DNA of 64,000 bases from a virus. Each line of letters opens with the position of its first letter. Position 1 is the stretch's first letter. Below are positions 51,901 to 56,712 of this stretch, in pieces. The notes under the pieces are model-generated. The model saw only the letters and a program-made list of their open reading frames with translations, made no database searches and was not told the DNA's origin. The stretch is taken from IMG/VR virus record IMGVR_UViG_3300020442_000015, positions 35,496 to 99,495 of that record, one strand, 5' to 3'. A program made the position numbers and the translations under genes.

Positions 51901-53051
51901 TCTCTGACAACATTCAGTTCACTGAAGCACCTGCTATCAACTCCACGTTCCACGGCGTCTACGTGGGTAAACTGAGACAGTTGGATGACATCTCCTTCGA
52001 CTTCGACTCGTTGAGGAACTCCTTCAACCTGAAACTGGGTGGTGTGTTCTACTCACTGACTCTGACTGAAGGTGTTCAGTCCAACACGATCAGACCTGAG
52101 AACAACATCATCTGTCAGTTGAACGGTGTTATTCAGGAACCTGGAATTGGTTTCGAGATCGTTGGTTCTAGAATCATCTTCTCTGAGATTCCTCGCGCAG
52201 GTTCGACCTTCGTTGCATTCTCCTACATCGGTTCTGACGTTGACGTTATCGCGGCAACCGTCGTTCCTCCGATCGAAGCAGGTGACATTCTGCAGATCGA
52301 AGGTGAGGACGAGAGTAGAGAGGTTGCTTTGATTGAATCTTCCAACTCCCTGATCACGTTTGAATACTCAGGCGCTGTTCGCGGTCGTAACGGTCAAGCA
52401 TTGGCAGAGATTGAAAAGGGTCGCGTTACTAGAGCAATTCTTACTAACTCTGGTGATGGTTACACTTCACGCCCACAGGTGGATGTGATTTCCTCCTCTG
52501 GTTTCGGTGCACGCATCAAGGCACTTGTTGGTCTCGCACGCATTGACGTGAAGAACGCAGGTCAGGGTTATGTTCAACCTACCGTTGCAGTCAACACGAC
52601 TGTTGCAGACAACTTCTTCGCACCTACTGGTGCTCCTCTCAACGGTGGTATTGACATCTACGATCCGAATTATGTTCCTCCTGGCGAAACTGAAGCACAG
52701 GGTGAACAGGCAATCATCATCGAATCTCAACCAGTTAACACAACTGTCAACCAGGGTCAAACCGCATCGTTCACCGTGGTCGCTTCTACTAACCCCGCAG
52801 GCGGTACAATCGCTTACCAGTGGCAGAAGAAGGACTATGGCACAAGTTCCTGGACTAACATCCCAGGCGCGACTAGCCCAACTTACACTACGAGTGCTAC
52901 AACTCAAGGTGATGGTGGTGACGAGTTCAGATGTGGTCTCACTGCAGCGGGCGCAACTCCAACGCTCTCCAACTCTGCAGTCCTGACGATCAATATCGGT
53001 GCAACCGTGATCCCAGGATTCACCTCAGACCAGATCTTCGACGACAACTAA
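33909..53051 (+). CDS. gp7: Giant (6380 aa) gp7-like baseplate wedge initiator / multidomain virion protein
   Basis: Follows gp6; 'QIPAFI', 'ISDFYSSKGT', 'IQDSYFYQNFSYVIKS...HPVG' gp7-type motifs; GxGY beta repeats, a YHYH-associated segment, LamG-like domains, helical repeats and a C-terminal Ig-like domain. Confidence 0.8.
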   Translation: MKAVTVSQRVQDQIPAFIKEDNEQFVNLLAEYYRSQEKPGRPYDILNNILRYTDIGSGEFDPNFLSSESAVLSAVDPYQNTIVAENVNYFLEKDGTLKIDDEIIYYESITHSPDVVFTPGVNKEEFDRKIQEFEPIASQFNGSTTEFNLKLLGDPVSPQSADHLLVIVNNEFQFPNRDYFVDGDRIRFVNPPVAPTGALTGALNTIRYLIGYTSVPVRSLDPISVGADSKQFHLTRNTQPYQPLSTISSIVVVDRVEKRPFEEFTIFEDKIIFKDTLGAGSTVDVRSIELIAPEFGANAEAVVKVQNGEVEDIIVKDGGSGYRMSFSPKVTIASNLGTGSDATAEALVNGIKNVSLLFSGQGYSANNPPLVEVDAPADPEGKTAKITATVSDEIEGVVQLNVLSSGSGYDRIPSIKFTNPGGAIISGPTLTDGRIDADSFTVVDRGSGYTTAPLVYIDPPTGSNAIVASVMAHLDADGRLDRIEVLSGGQGYETVPRAKIIDPVGAQILDVNVTGGRVTNIELLTGGKGYTDAPSVYIVDNRKDVANNPIGGTGATAVATIFNGEITDINITSFGEGYSDTEPPKVFIAAPPAPEASCDVGFGEITGFTIHNPGSDYQPSAFVNCKRGVSAVSAYSQKGNQIYSKESDTIQSSHAVGSTIHNLDNLFAKELYRRYINQYLPNAEIDYNKVNAPQIIKTISDFYSSKGTKISTQYLFKMLFSENVDVSYPKDEVIKPSAATWNVDTVLRAELLSGDPRDLLDSQLFQYRDAVDTTVGAASALIENVIAINTGVGTVYELAISEETLQGQFSIPYRTTLVEALDTTESIITVDSTIGWPERNGTIRINDQEIVQYKEKTLNQFIECTRSKNGVVEDWDAGTQIYSDVFVYVNQGQSNELKLRVLGIADAKSTVLSDTGSYYLPGDKLNVASLGSTSDDQRITSWLYNVKKLIQVTGIVPGGLNNQTATVTCSNNHGLLVGDSVTIYGANPTVFNGTFLVTSRLSNTVFEYNIPQPAPNAPQGNILLSVDLNKGKSSESGINIAIKDFTTNVQNTFFNEQYSYIASSGIPNYEVGPFLGSALLPGNQRKLIRIPRVINTVSKREDVKFGPVGAWVNGVSAWSYKSNSKIKFGGVTSITIDNPGKGYDAASPPVIEVNGGGGSGGAATVVVNGSLYEIEVTSGGTGYTSSPLVSIVGGGGFGATATAVITNGVVSRILVESPGQGYTSQPTVSVSGGGGTGCTATASVRGPIQSVSVTNSGSSYTLSPEIKLNSGEGAVAQPIIINGRIVSIAIIAAGRGYTTAPEVVINGDGYGAVARATIGTIGEDRGKVIGVTVVNRGIGYSTGMTTIRLEAIGEQAQFSANVFEWTRNLQDELSLNFDAARGYVFAGYNTQYGGEYAHVSDPKQLRYVLGDNVFRNQSTGQLQELSTGYVHSPILGWAFDGNPIYGPYGYIDATDQSSGIRRIRSSYKVKDALIYDAATNPNPVRADGPLLTDYPAGSFIDDFEYVFQEGDLDQYNGRFCKTPQFPEGVYAYFVSIDASDFGNPVFPYVCGPQLYSSPDQWNYSQNAVQTNIPADVVRFRDPYEDVDIDIDRQPNQDTDTLVTEEGLALIFEIEDINRNGIIDGDESTATINIAEEPVLQLFDYYPRVSVRSEVDIDIETTTKFEDAQVDGFVIENPGISYKVSDKLYFDNEGTEGFGASAKVDAVKGLTISGYSSYMANDTPYGRITTPDEHELRVGDEVIVQSTPIIDDTNKTFKVKVISGVETVTVTQAGSGYSEELPPTYEVISSTGQDFRIDIPRTEAGAVNTVNIINSGSGYDKDEPPQIRVSHPQRFKKATYFLSFLKENASTTTITDIKVADDRTIYVCGKTVKSDGDTAGLLAKFNSDGRLLWQRTLFPTVPASGTKSLEWKALYVENSNPHNIYVVGETVPNSVNLTHNPDVVVAKYRSGFDNANNPDGIIQWQRDIAGISGATRRDYAASIALDQDGRVMIGGYTDANSLAPDDMWVALLDIDGTIMEKRKIASESGSEHLVDLQWKSTDTFMFIGISDPAGASDIILGETYYDTATVELQWAKKIESGAYKFMHPTFTIDEYGAVYVAATAVNAQDKNYGVLYVKFDNNDYTTPVEHKIYVPTGTYDGCHNAGIKFDVFGNIDLGVSVTKAFNDVQSTTLKISWNSGNIISASSASESSGIGYHAVDLSSDNSGDTVVIGNKVEADQLAIFNWNTADNLLDETYNDTLKTGTNKAWYDTNYATIDTAKKQDGASSVQIIDPNSLVLQYGSDVATEWATEAYFAMPAASYTANNTDPEFFSVSDALNNTVRCGLIADQSDANNGKVFIAIGGSSSYSAAATYRAAFNAESFVHVAFTKERPGVGNYRYRVFINGVLALETLSTTVDVNLKDVTLGPVSTPSTNNSWIGWVDNFVVSPVFKYNDAFTPAVVAGTSSPTQAFLYKIDKDKTKLGTFNLDDVETGHTLVTAAESGYTFNTQPVTVNPWIIGPAGIQILDYSDVTSTHVPGIYTFTDSSEKFSERTATIPTQGGTKLLLSATVIPKFYLRDATYNSIDLVKTLTFNQPATFTKGSILQQYSVIGGSDVVSAYGTIVEAGTNYAKIGKIIGNFDTTKLLKSTAGDINTLDRNFTVETTTPQWVENFSYTVGDVVYNAGKIYTATSTGVSGPLAPEHTTGIVTDGAVNWSFTSVSGSFDVDLANTVYNGSTLGAFTSWRAFAAEDYTIKIEEIYGDSSFIKGDTIDADAVNLQFTVDATGKIATFAGLIGVKKFSLIATLDKDVIPASGLANTDLVYCSANSRHNFEANEIIFTERFATNDYNGSFFVEEVFSSREFTFRLRGTAVQDPTFSGTGSSVSNVNIYAKHPKLLFVRYHQYIFDLDDPSNLGYYLSFSKDNQYKLEYPFINIIREGTPGLTDDDSPTPLVKFIVTDSVTNISYYFDPSRTGADSPVGEGSFIDVIQSPYSGRFRVSATGTQGTTFDFPLLVEPEKTIAPVGNNEFGNARSSYSTTSPKAIGPIASIKLVNPGGFYQKLPIVTDIASNREIEKVRILNGGTEYVNGIYYNVPITGDGEGASCNITVQDDGDFTGVITDVTLTSAGKGYKTASIDVDAIPGILGPLLAGSGAQLQVVIPDEGSGASVFLQGKSIGKIKKLKNNEFGFGYSHDYTLRPEITFPVNLQLFNTAILSEIKITDPGSGYTSVPAVVISGGGGSGAEAEAIVKNNRLSEVIIKNPGSGYSSEPTVTLKSEFNYVVNVDLGYLQFNFPHGITTGAEVQLRAEDLGSTVGVLPKPSSAGLVSLSPNQIYYAIAGEQNSLESDQLRIALTKLDAESGSFITFLTQGDGRQVLLTEVFGGQATAIVETSRFLEGELVYQGSSLELASATGYVSTNEGWQIGPRILKLENYDGIWKEGERVTGQVSRASGLVDNLSIARGTLNIASLTNTPGQFIDDVGKPSEIVQKIQDSYFYQNFSYVIKSQTPINDWRKSVLETNHPVGFNLFGELAITGGKDISGRKVISDLIKEVNINSFTNINEITSFANAQPIYTQFNNTEVLFRQKRLTNSEEILTSIVKKIDDVSDQFNGIKTQFPLNVEGESITATETQMFVLINGVAQAPQEAFSTAGPSIVFSEAPKAPSRIKFREIQYSQITLTRLTFSNIGGIFPLTGNTVRGIVSEATATVIDSGVDYIDVFDVEGTFQTNEQILSSATGFNSTLATVNPVTSKTIFEQGERITNLKGDFAIIEENNLQGGVIGNELVVSRTSGTDKFETGEFNIKFNDVIYSSRSKIAATVTVIAPYSDDTSNQIIDQVDLSPSSSFFALVFQRVPSTTFPNVILDDIGATVINPTELNDLESPNNQDFLDFESVRNQEIRYDQLTGTDFAPGTNIRLKKIYFGNSSLRQVTDTRAKNASDALVKNARFIAEEAVGDMLNFYPSFSINTVGGNQDCMDDIVDVINAAAWQLEFDGNSEIWDIANTYVQNQAIYHLDGAVPQTIYAMNAARDLALKCIRMENIDTEYTTLSQWKDLTLTPEYEVVSNSHADARTLILANKWYIAHESLHYAKTQNPSLVVPGGDVNCLSDIVDMVESMAYNLAHGGNDFVYDATRYYMAGAHVAGYEDDTVNAFTKAKAMAISIMRNEAVVKQGSHGWNQVTDTSITADPANPTCQAVAAAITTLMDIPINALGTNASPGTLAAFEAAYTKTAPQANYADGRTSIGSSTACVSQTSAVTNFIKIITDSLQDPTGADPATYQWSISNVTRVEPPYAFEDNETIRSIKHNYSNKSSGGFFNFGDTMKGITSGATAEIIGTNAGNKWIYTKGVTGAFSGNEYITNSKITYANVSVDNITFGVGPGSLDFSGSGSKIDMIADQRVNFGTADFTIEAWIRPDSVTGVQRIIDARSTSSSVAPTLFMSGTSLRYGTGAGDHITATGAITTIDTWYHIAVSRASNVTKMFVNGTQVGSDYTDNNDYGDTAFKVGAAWNNGETYDGHLDQMVIRKSAAYSSTFTPPTVYTTIYEGLDVTFGLNGSQPFPMETTAIYATYGQTIISSATADGVELWRSEIMTEEVDVSRDDYRECADIIDKNRFWIAEEAVGRMKAKYPDFVIPGDVGLATTGTDKCLRDTHSFIIPAIINDLRYGGNFNTIVAGRGYLEGSGALKHVNGELLQSIYTWREVGKICIDVITANQDDLTGEYTNRIRVPNYFSSPASSQITTFITDLIDNMLDVIAPTGHRFRDGADLLYFNRKSIADEAVAMLEEKWLVNIAFYQQSKLTIPNREKCIRDLRDHIIPAVAGDLITGGNSNIQGIIDSYLDSQEDINYIEGELLPMLDAFEDVKFLCGKALENLLVGRNENIANLTGTNAQTINDFYQYQYTDLPAYRKVYDAAVNYSVDGAEITESTFYPPDPHIFSGTDRALDSANILEENARIIAEEAVDLVMKTSAFKHTGFKVPGGKVNCEDDLVDYINAVCHDLRFTVNEKSYDASALYLDTQMGLQHVTNQSAETVHAYKLARDMSILAIRNKLGFNPFEESTGGGGALGGGGGGGVPRGDYDNNATANGFYDSANSIENNLRFIATTAVGRGLTNYPSLTIPGGYQNCVDDVIDILNALIFNLKHGGNNKMYYATEFYISNANAVVHVLSQATETKYIMEQARDIAIEVLRNQSVTTNGTTEGSQAIDSTITTDTANPTCQNEAAAVTTLMGIPINLFTQTSNPQGYLNGVTRTLPDEWPLTGERALRRDIDITYDMAGNGDCALVSASIDTLFSYVINVVNTAAAGSGNWLTNSGLVRTTKATGNTLNNGGGLCYNVRSASNVLFDLLEDTLGRAGEMYRQAARLLIINDNYINREAYYKTTQQYSGYGGDEAYGSSIRKAFIYDLLTDGNAATLQLVNSWFDAEGNFIAFPGVFRTYLIYHATAIKDFCKQIIGQRAITPGTYNQEPTYTDRELRPTVYAEHKIDQLDHFIQTALLRSTPPTVILKQSFDAGVAVNTNGSITAAGHPFEAYDRVSYQVLGSNIAELTFTQYYIHPDTTANTIWLAEYIDGHKITSLTPGTAGQIHTFVCLRESGIDRITTTYGDRVIPTPITGGIQPADIFYGTSSGAYGEVIRIQDNLAEVMYKIKHAEVNVTTETFFTLGETVVVQGATGNTSTLLASTGATGTGYVKLIVNGGQFQQGDVIEGTTSGAQASITSIPDDRILVNFDKGEFIATDIVYSKEDSGKANALIVRNNDGALINNQLGRVTFDIETVKGEFKERDVIYGSVTDQIIEIEGFNILPGFGEYLHSTEITRFTYASLTTDTGVTDTFQVGDVLQLQNAGQSVGHTFVVTEHDTDNNYVYLANETNRYIGIIDDLSNDLTAIANNTAYQLAKIPPGSNFPSVYTSAISNVTITPTSAYGKVAKIEQVGLRLIIHLEDSNGTFLKNSQIIGDFGFQGACGGAKYLRGRVKRFFRGFDGSQQNFKLTTDNGTPYFPDPAGHMMIFVNGILQPPGGNNAYTAFSDNIQFTEAPAINSTFHGVYVGKLRQLDDISFDFDSLRNSFNLKLGGVFYSLTLTEGVQSNTIRPENNIICQLNGVIQEPGIGFEIVGSRIIFSEIPRAGSTFVAFSYIGSDVDVIAATVVPPIEAGDILQIEGEDESREVALIESSNSLITFEYSGAVRGRNGQALAEIEKGRVTRAILTNSGDGYTSRPQVDVISSSGFGARIKALVGLARIDVKNAGQGYVQPTVAVNTTVADNFFAPTGAPLNGGIDIYDPNYVPPGETEAQGEQAIIIESQPVNTTVNQGQTASFTVVASTNPAGGTIAYQWQKKDYGTSSWTNIPGATSPTYTTSATTQGDGGDEFRCGLTAAGATPTLSNSAVLTINIGATVIPGFTSDQIFDDN
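45642..50325 (+). repeat. Array of about 7 phycobiliprotein-like helical domains within the giant protein (interrupted by a LamG-like domain)
   Basis: Recurring pattern A..l..N..fIa.eA......P....PG...C..D...i..a...L..GGN; Cys codons at 45762, 46152, 47775, 48255, 48786, 49209. Confidence 0.7.
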
Positions 53052-53059
53052 ATAGCAGT

Positions 53060-53251
53060 ATGGAAGAAGAATTCACCATCCAGTGGTCGATGAGCATTGA
53101 TGAAATTCGTGCTCTTCACAACTCTATATCATATTTAATTGAGATTTGGCCTGGTTCTCCTGCTCGACCTGCTGAAGAGCAAGTGTATCTTCAGCAGTTG
53201 AAATCGAGTTTGTTTGCAATGATTATGGACTATAACTTCTCTAATATGTAA
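53060..53251 (+). CDS. Small hypothetical protein
   Basis: 'WPGSPARPAEEQ'; late motif TAAATA at 53049. Confidence 0.7.
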   Translation: MEEEFTIQWSMSIDEIRALHNSISYLIEIWPGSPARPAEEQVYLQQLKSSLFAMIMDYNFSNM

Positions 53252-53256
53252 CTGCT

Positions 53257-54999
53257 ATGGCAGCAACAGGTTCTTACAACGCAGTAACAGACATCCTAAC
53301 GGTAACGGGTGATGGATTACCAACACCAGTCAGTTACGGAACGTTCCCTAATGCAAATAACCCAAACTCAGTTACAAGTTATACCTTTAGTCACGCTTTT
53401 ACAGATAGAGGCGGTGATAATACATCTGGAGGATCTACTGTACCTCTAGGTATTGTTGGTATTGCAGCAAATGGTGTTGCACTCTTTAATCCCAGTGCTG
53501 GTGATGGTGGAGCTCCTCCAGCGGGATTTAACTGGATTGCTGCTGGACACAATCCACAGGTTAATTTTGGTGAGGACGAATGTGGTGGTCATCCCGAGCA
53601 ATCGGGGCAATACCACTATCACGATGCTCATTTTATGGATTGCTGGAAAGCAAACCAGGTGATTGCTGGATATAATGATTATTATGGTTTGACTCAGTTC
53701 CAAGGTGATAACCTTCGTCACCCTGATGGACACTCCAAGATTCTTGGTTATTGTTTTGATGGGTATCCTGTTTATGGACCCTATGGATACTCCGATCCAA
53801 ATAATAATGAATCTGCTGTGCAGATTATGAAACCTGGGTATAAACTCAGAGAAACTGAAGCAGTAAATAGACCTTCTTATAGCACATACCCTGCAGGATC
53901 CTTTATGCAGGATTTTGTGTATGACGAGTCTATTCCTGGAAGACACCTAGATTCATTTAACGGAAGGTTTGCAAAAACTCCTGAGTTCCCTTCAGGAACA
54001 TTTGCGTATTTTGTCACAGTGTTCCCAGATGAATCTGAGAACATCACATATAATGTAACCGTGACAAGTGAAAGTGATGGTAATAAATACCGTTTGGATG
54101 GCAATCTATATCCTGATCTAGATTTTGTTCGTGGTAGCACTTACAAGTTTGATCAAAGTGATGCATCAAATGCTAGTCACTCCATTCGTTTTTCTACTCA
54201 ACTCAATGGTACCCACGCTGGTGGGCAAGCATATACCAATGGAGTTACTGTAGTTGGTGAGGCTGGACAAGCAGGAGCATATACTCAAATTGTTGTTCCT
54301 AATGATGCTCCAGCAACGATTTACTATTACTGTGTAAATCACTCTGGTATGGCAAATAATGCTGTCGTTACCACTAGACCTAACAAGTTTTTGGAACCTA
54401 AGTTCCCATATATGTTTGGTCTTGCATCGAAAGAGGCACTGAACATTCCTGCAAACCAAGGTATTGGTCAGGAAGAATCGGGTGGTGGTGAACAAGGTGG
54501 TGGTGAAGGTGGTGGACCAGCAGAACCTCCCTCTCTCGTTATCAATAATCAACCAACTAATGCAACTATTGCAGCAGGTGGTACTCAACAATTTTCGGTC
54601 TTGGCAATCGTCGAACCTGAAAACGGACCTATAAATTATCAATGGCAAGTATCTACTGACGGTGGCTTTGCGTGGTCAAACGTTAGTGGTGCAACCTCAT
54701 CAACATATTCATTTGTTGCTCTGGCGTATATGACGGGGTATAGGTACAGATGTATCCTCACTGGACCTATTGGTGCTCCCCAACAAGCACAAAACTCTCC
54801 TTTGGCATCAAACCTTGTTATTCTCACTGTCACTGGTAGTGAGTCGCAGATTGATTACACATCGATTCTCAAGCTTGACGATACTAATGGAAGATATGAT
54901 GTTACCGCAGTCACATTTGATAGAGACAATACCAACCCTGGTTTTACAACAACTTCTATCAGATTAGACAGCACCAGCTATGAGTTTGACCTTACATAA
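53257..54999 (+). CDS. YHYH-domain virion protein with cupredoxin-like and Ig-like domains
   Basis: 'GIAANGV', 'GHP...QYHYH', 'HSKILGYCFDGYPVYGPYG'; 'H...YYYCVNHSGM'; 'NYQWQVS...YRCIL'. Confidence 0.8.
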   Translation: MAATGSYNAVTDILTVTGDGLPTPVSYGTFPNANNPNSVTSYTFSHAFTDRGGDNTSGGSTVPLGIVGIAANGVALFNPSAGDGGAPPAGFNWIAAGHNPQVNFGEDECGGHPEQSGQYHYHDAHFMDCWKANQVIAGYNDYYGLTQFQGDNLRHPDGHSKILGYCFDGYPVYGPYGYSDPNNNESAVQIMKPGYKLRETEAVNRPSYSTYPAGSFMQDFVYDESIPGRHLDSFNGRFAKTPEFPSGTFAYFVTVFPDESENITYNVTVTSESDGNKYRLDGNLYPDLDFVRGSTYKFDQSDASNASHSIRFSTQLNGTHAGGQAYTNGVTVVGEAGQAGAYTQIVVPNDAPATIYYYCVNHSGMANNAVVTTRPNKFLEPKFPYMFGLASKEALNIPANQGIGQEESGGGEQGGGEGGGPAEPPSLVINNQPTNATIAAGGTQQFSVLAIVEPENGPINYQWQVSTDGGFAWSNVSGATSSTYSFVALAYMTGYRYRCILTGPIGAPQQAQNSPLASNLVILTVTGSESQIDYTSILKLDDTNGRYDVTAVTFDRDNTNPGFTTTSIRLDSTSYEFDLT

Positions 55000-55026
55000 A
55001 TAAAACTGTAGAAAAACCCCCCTATT

Positions 55027-56709
55027 ATGGCTAAGCAGAATCTGAATATTGGCGTTTCCGCTAATGACGGAACTGGAGATACCCTCAGAGACGGCGCTAT
55101 TAAACTGAATAACGTCATCAATGAGTTGTACACCGCTCTGGGTGATAACACCAACCTGCAGATTAGTATTGGTTCTCCGTCTACCAATCAGGTTCTGAAG
55201 TGGAATGGCAGCGTCTTCACCGAAGGACAACTTGCAGTTTCTAACCTGACAGACATCGATGTTAGTGGAGTCACTAACGGTCAGGTTCTGAAATGGAACG
55301 ATGCTAATGCACGTTGGCAACCTGGAGACGATTTACAAGGCGGTGGAGGTGGCGGTTCGTCTATCACGAACCTGTCAAACAATGGATCGGGTAACGTTGT
55401 TATTGACACCCACTTCCTTCCTAATACAAACGAAACTTACGACATCGGTTCTTCTACACTCAAGTTTCGTGACATCTATCTGAGCGATTCGACCATTTAT
55501 TTGGGCGACACTGCGCTTTCTTCTGACCCAACTACACAAGAACTTCAGAGAAAGAAAAAGCAAGTTCACACTGTGAATAGCATCGATACTGGTGCTACTC
55601 GTACTGTTGCTTCCAAACTTGCTTCCGAGAACTCAACTGCAGAAGAAAAGTTCCGCACTCGTTTTAGTGTGATGAAGGCAGGCACTAAGTTGGAGTTCGC
55701 TGATCCTTCTGGTGCTAAGTTTGTAGCAGATTTTGTAGACTTTACTGCTGAGAATGGCGGTGCACGTGGTTTTATTCGTGTTACTGCTGCAGGTGCAAAC
55801 CAATCTCAAGAACTGAATGTTACTGGTGATATTCATATCACATCTGTTAATAACCTCGTTTCTTTTGATGAAGCTGGTGCGATTGATCTTGGTGGTCAAC
55901 CGCTCTCCTTTGGTGCTGGTCGTACAATGTCTATCGATGGTGATGGCATTTTGGAACTGCCTGCCAACAGCTCTATCCGTTTTGGTGACATTGCTTCAAC
56001 CAAGACGATTGGTATTGACGCAAACGGTAACCTCGATCTTGCTGCTGGAACAGACATCCGTTTTGGTGCTGATGCTAACAAGGCAATCAAGTTTGATGGT
56101 AGCGGCAACCTTGAGATTCCTACTGGCGCTGAAATTCGTTTCGGTTCTGGTGGAACCAAGAAAATCGCTATTGACACAGACGATAACCTAGTTCTCCCCA
56201 CAGATGCTGAGATCAAGGTTGGAACTAAGCGTATAAAGATCGATACCAACGGTGAGTTGCAGATCGCAAACGATGGCACTACCTTCCAAGACGTTGACCA
56301 AGGATTCCGTCGTCAGATGGGTAATGCTCCTGTAGGTGCATCCATCATCAAAGGTCACGATAACGCAACTATTCATCAACCCTCTCCTGCACTACTCTTC
56401 AGATTCTCCCCAGCAGGTGGATCTTCTGCTTACACAGTTCAGGGTCCTGGGTTTGTTGGTCCTGGTGTGAGTAATGCAACGATCGTTCTGTATCGTGGAT
56501 TTACATACGTTTTGAATAACGTAGGTGGCGGTGCTCACCCATTGAGAATCCAGTCCACTACTGGTCTGGGTCAAAGTGCATATACTGCTGGTATCACTGG
56601 TTCTGAGTCTGGTGTTCAGACTTTCACAGTTCCTCACGATGCTCCAACTACACTGTACTATCAGTGTACTGCACACTCTGCTATGAATGGTACACTTGAT
56701 ATTCGTTGA
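55027..56709 (+). CDS. gp9: gp9/gp10-like baseplate-fibre connector with beta-repeat shaft and C-terminal cupredoxin-like domain
   Basis: 'MAKQNLNIG..ANDGTGDTLRDGA.KLN..INELY'; ~27-aa IRFG repeats; 'HP...YYQCTAHSAM'; late motif CATAAATA at 54995. Confidence 0.75.
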   Translation: MAKQNLNIGVSANDGTGDTLRDGAIKLNNVINELYTALGDNTNLQISIGSPSTNQVLKWNGSVFTEGQLAVSNLTDIDVSGVTNGQVLKWNDANARWQPGDDLQGGGGGGSSITNLSNNGSGNVVIDTHFLPNTNETYDIGSSTLKFRDIYLSDSTIYLGDTALSSDPTTQELQRKKKQVHTVNSIDTGATRTVASKLASENSTAEEKFRTRFSVMKAGTKLEFADPSGAKFVADFVDFTAENGGARGFIRVTAAGANQSQELNVTGDIHITSVNNLVSFDEAGAIDLGGQPLSFGAGRTMSIDGDGILELPANSSIRFGDIASTKTIGIDANGNLDLAAGTDIRFGADANKAIKFDGSGNLEIPTGAEIRFGSGGTKKIAIDTDDNLVLPTDAEIKVGTKRIKIDTNGELQIANDGTTFQDVDQGFRRQMGNAPVGASIIKGHDNATIHQPSPALLFRFSPAGGSSAYTVQGPGFVGPGVSNATIVLYRGFTYVLNNVGGGAHPLRIQSTTGLGQSAYTAGITGSESGVQTFTVPHDAPTTLYYQCTAHSAMNGTLDIR

Positions 56710-56712
56710 TAA

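Noticed and set aside
33909-53051. Intein or intron explaining the 6380-aa length
   Set aside because: No splice-junction or homing-endonuclease motifs recognised; the length is accounted for by structural repeats.
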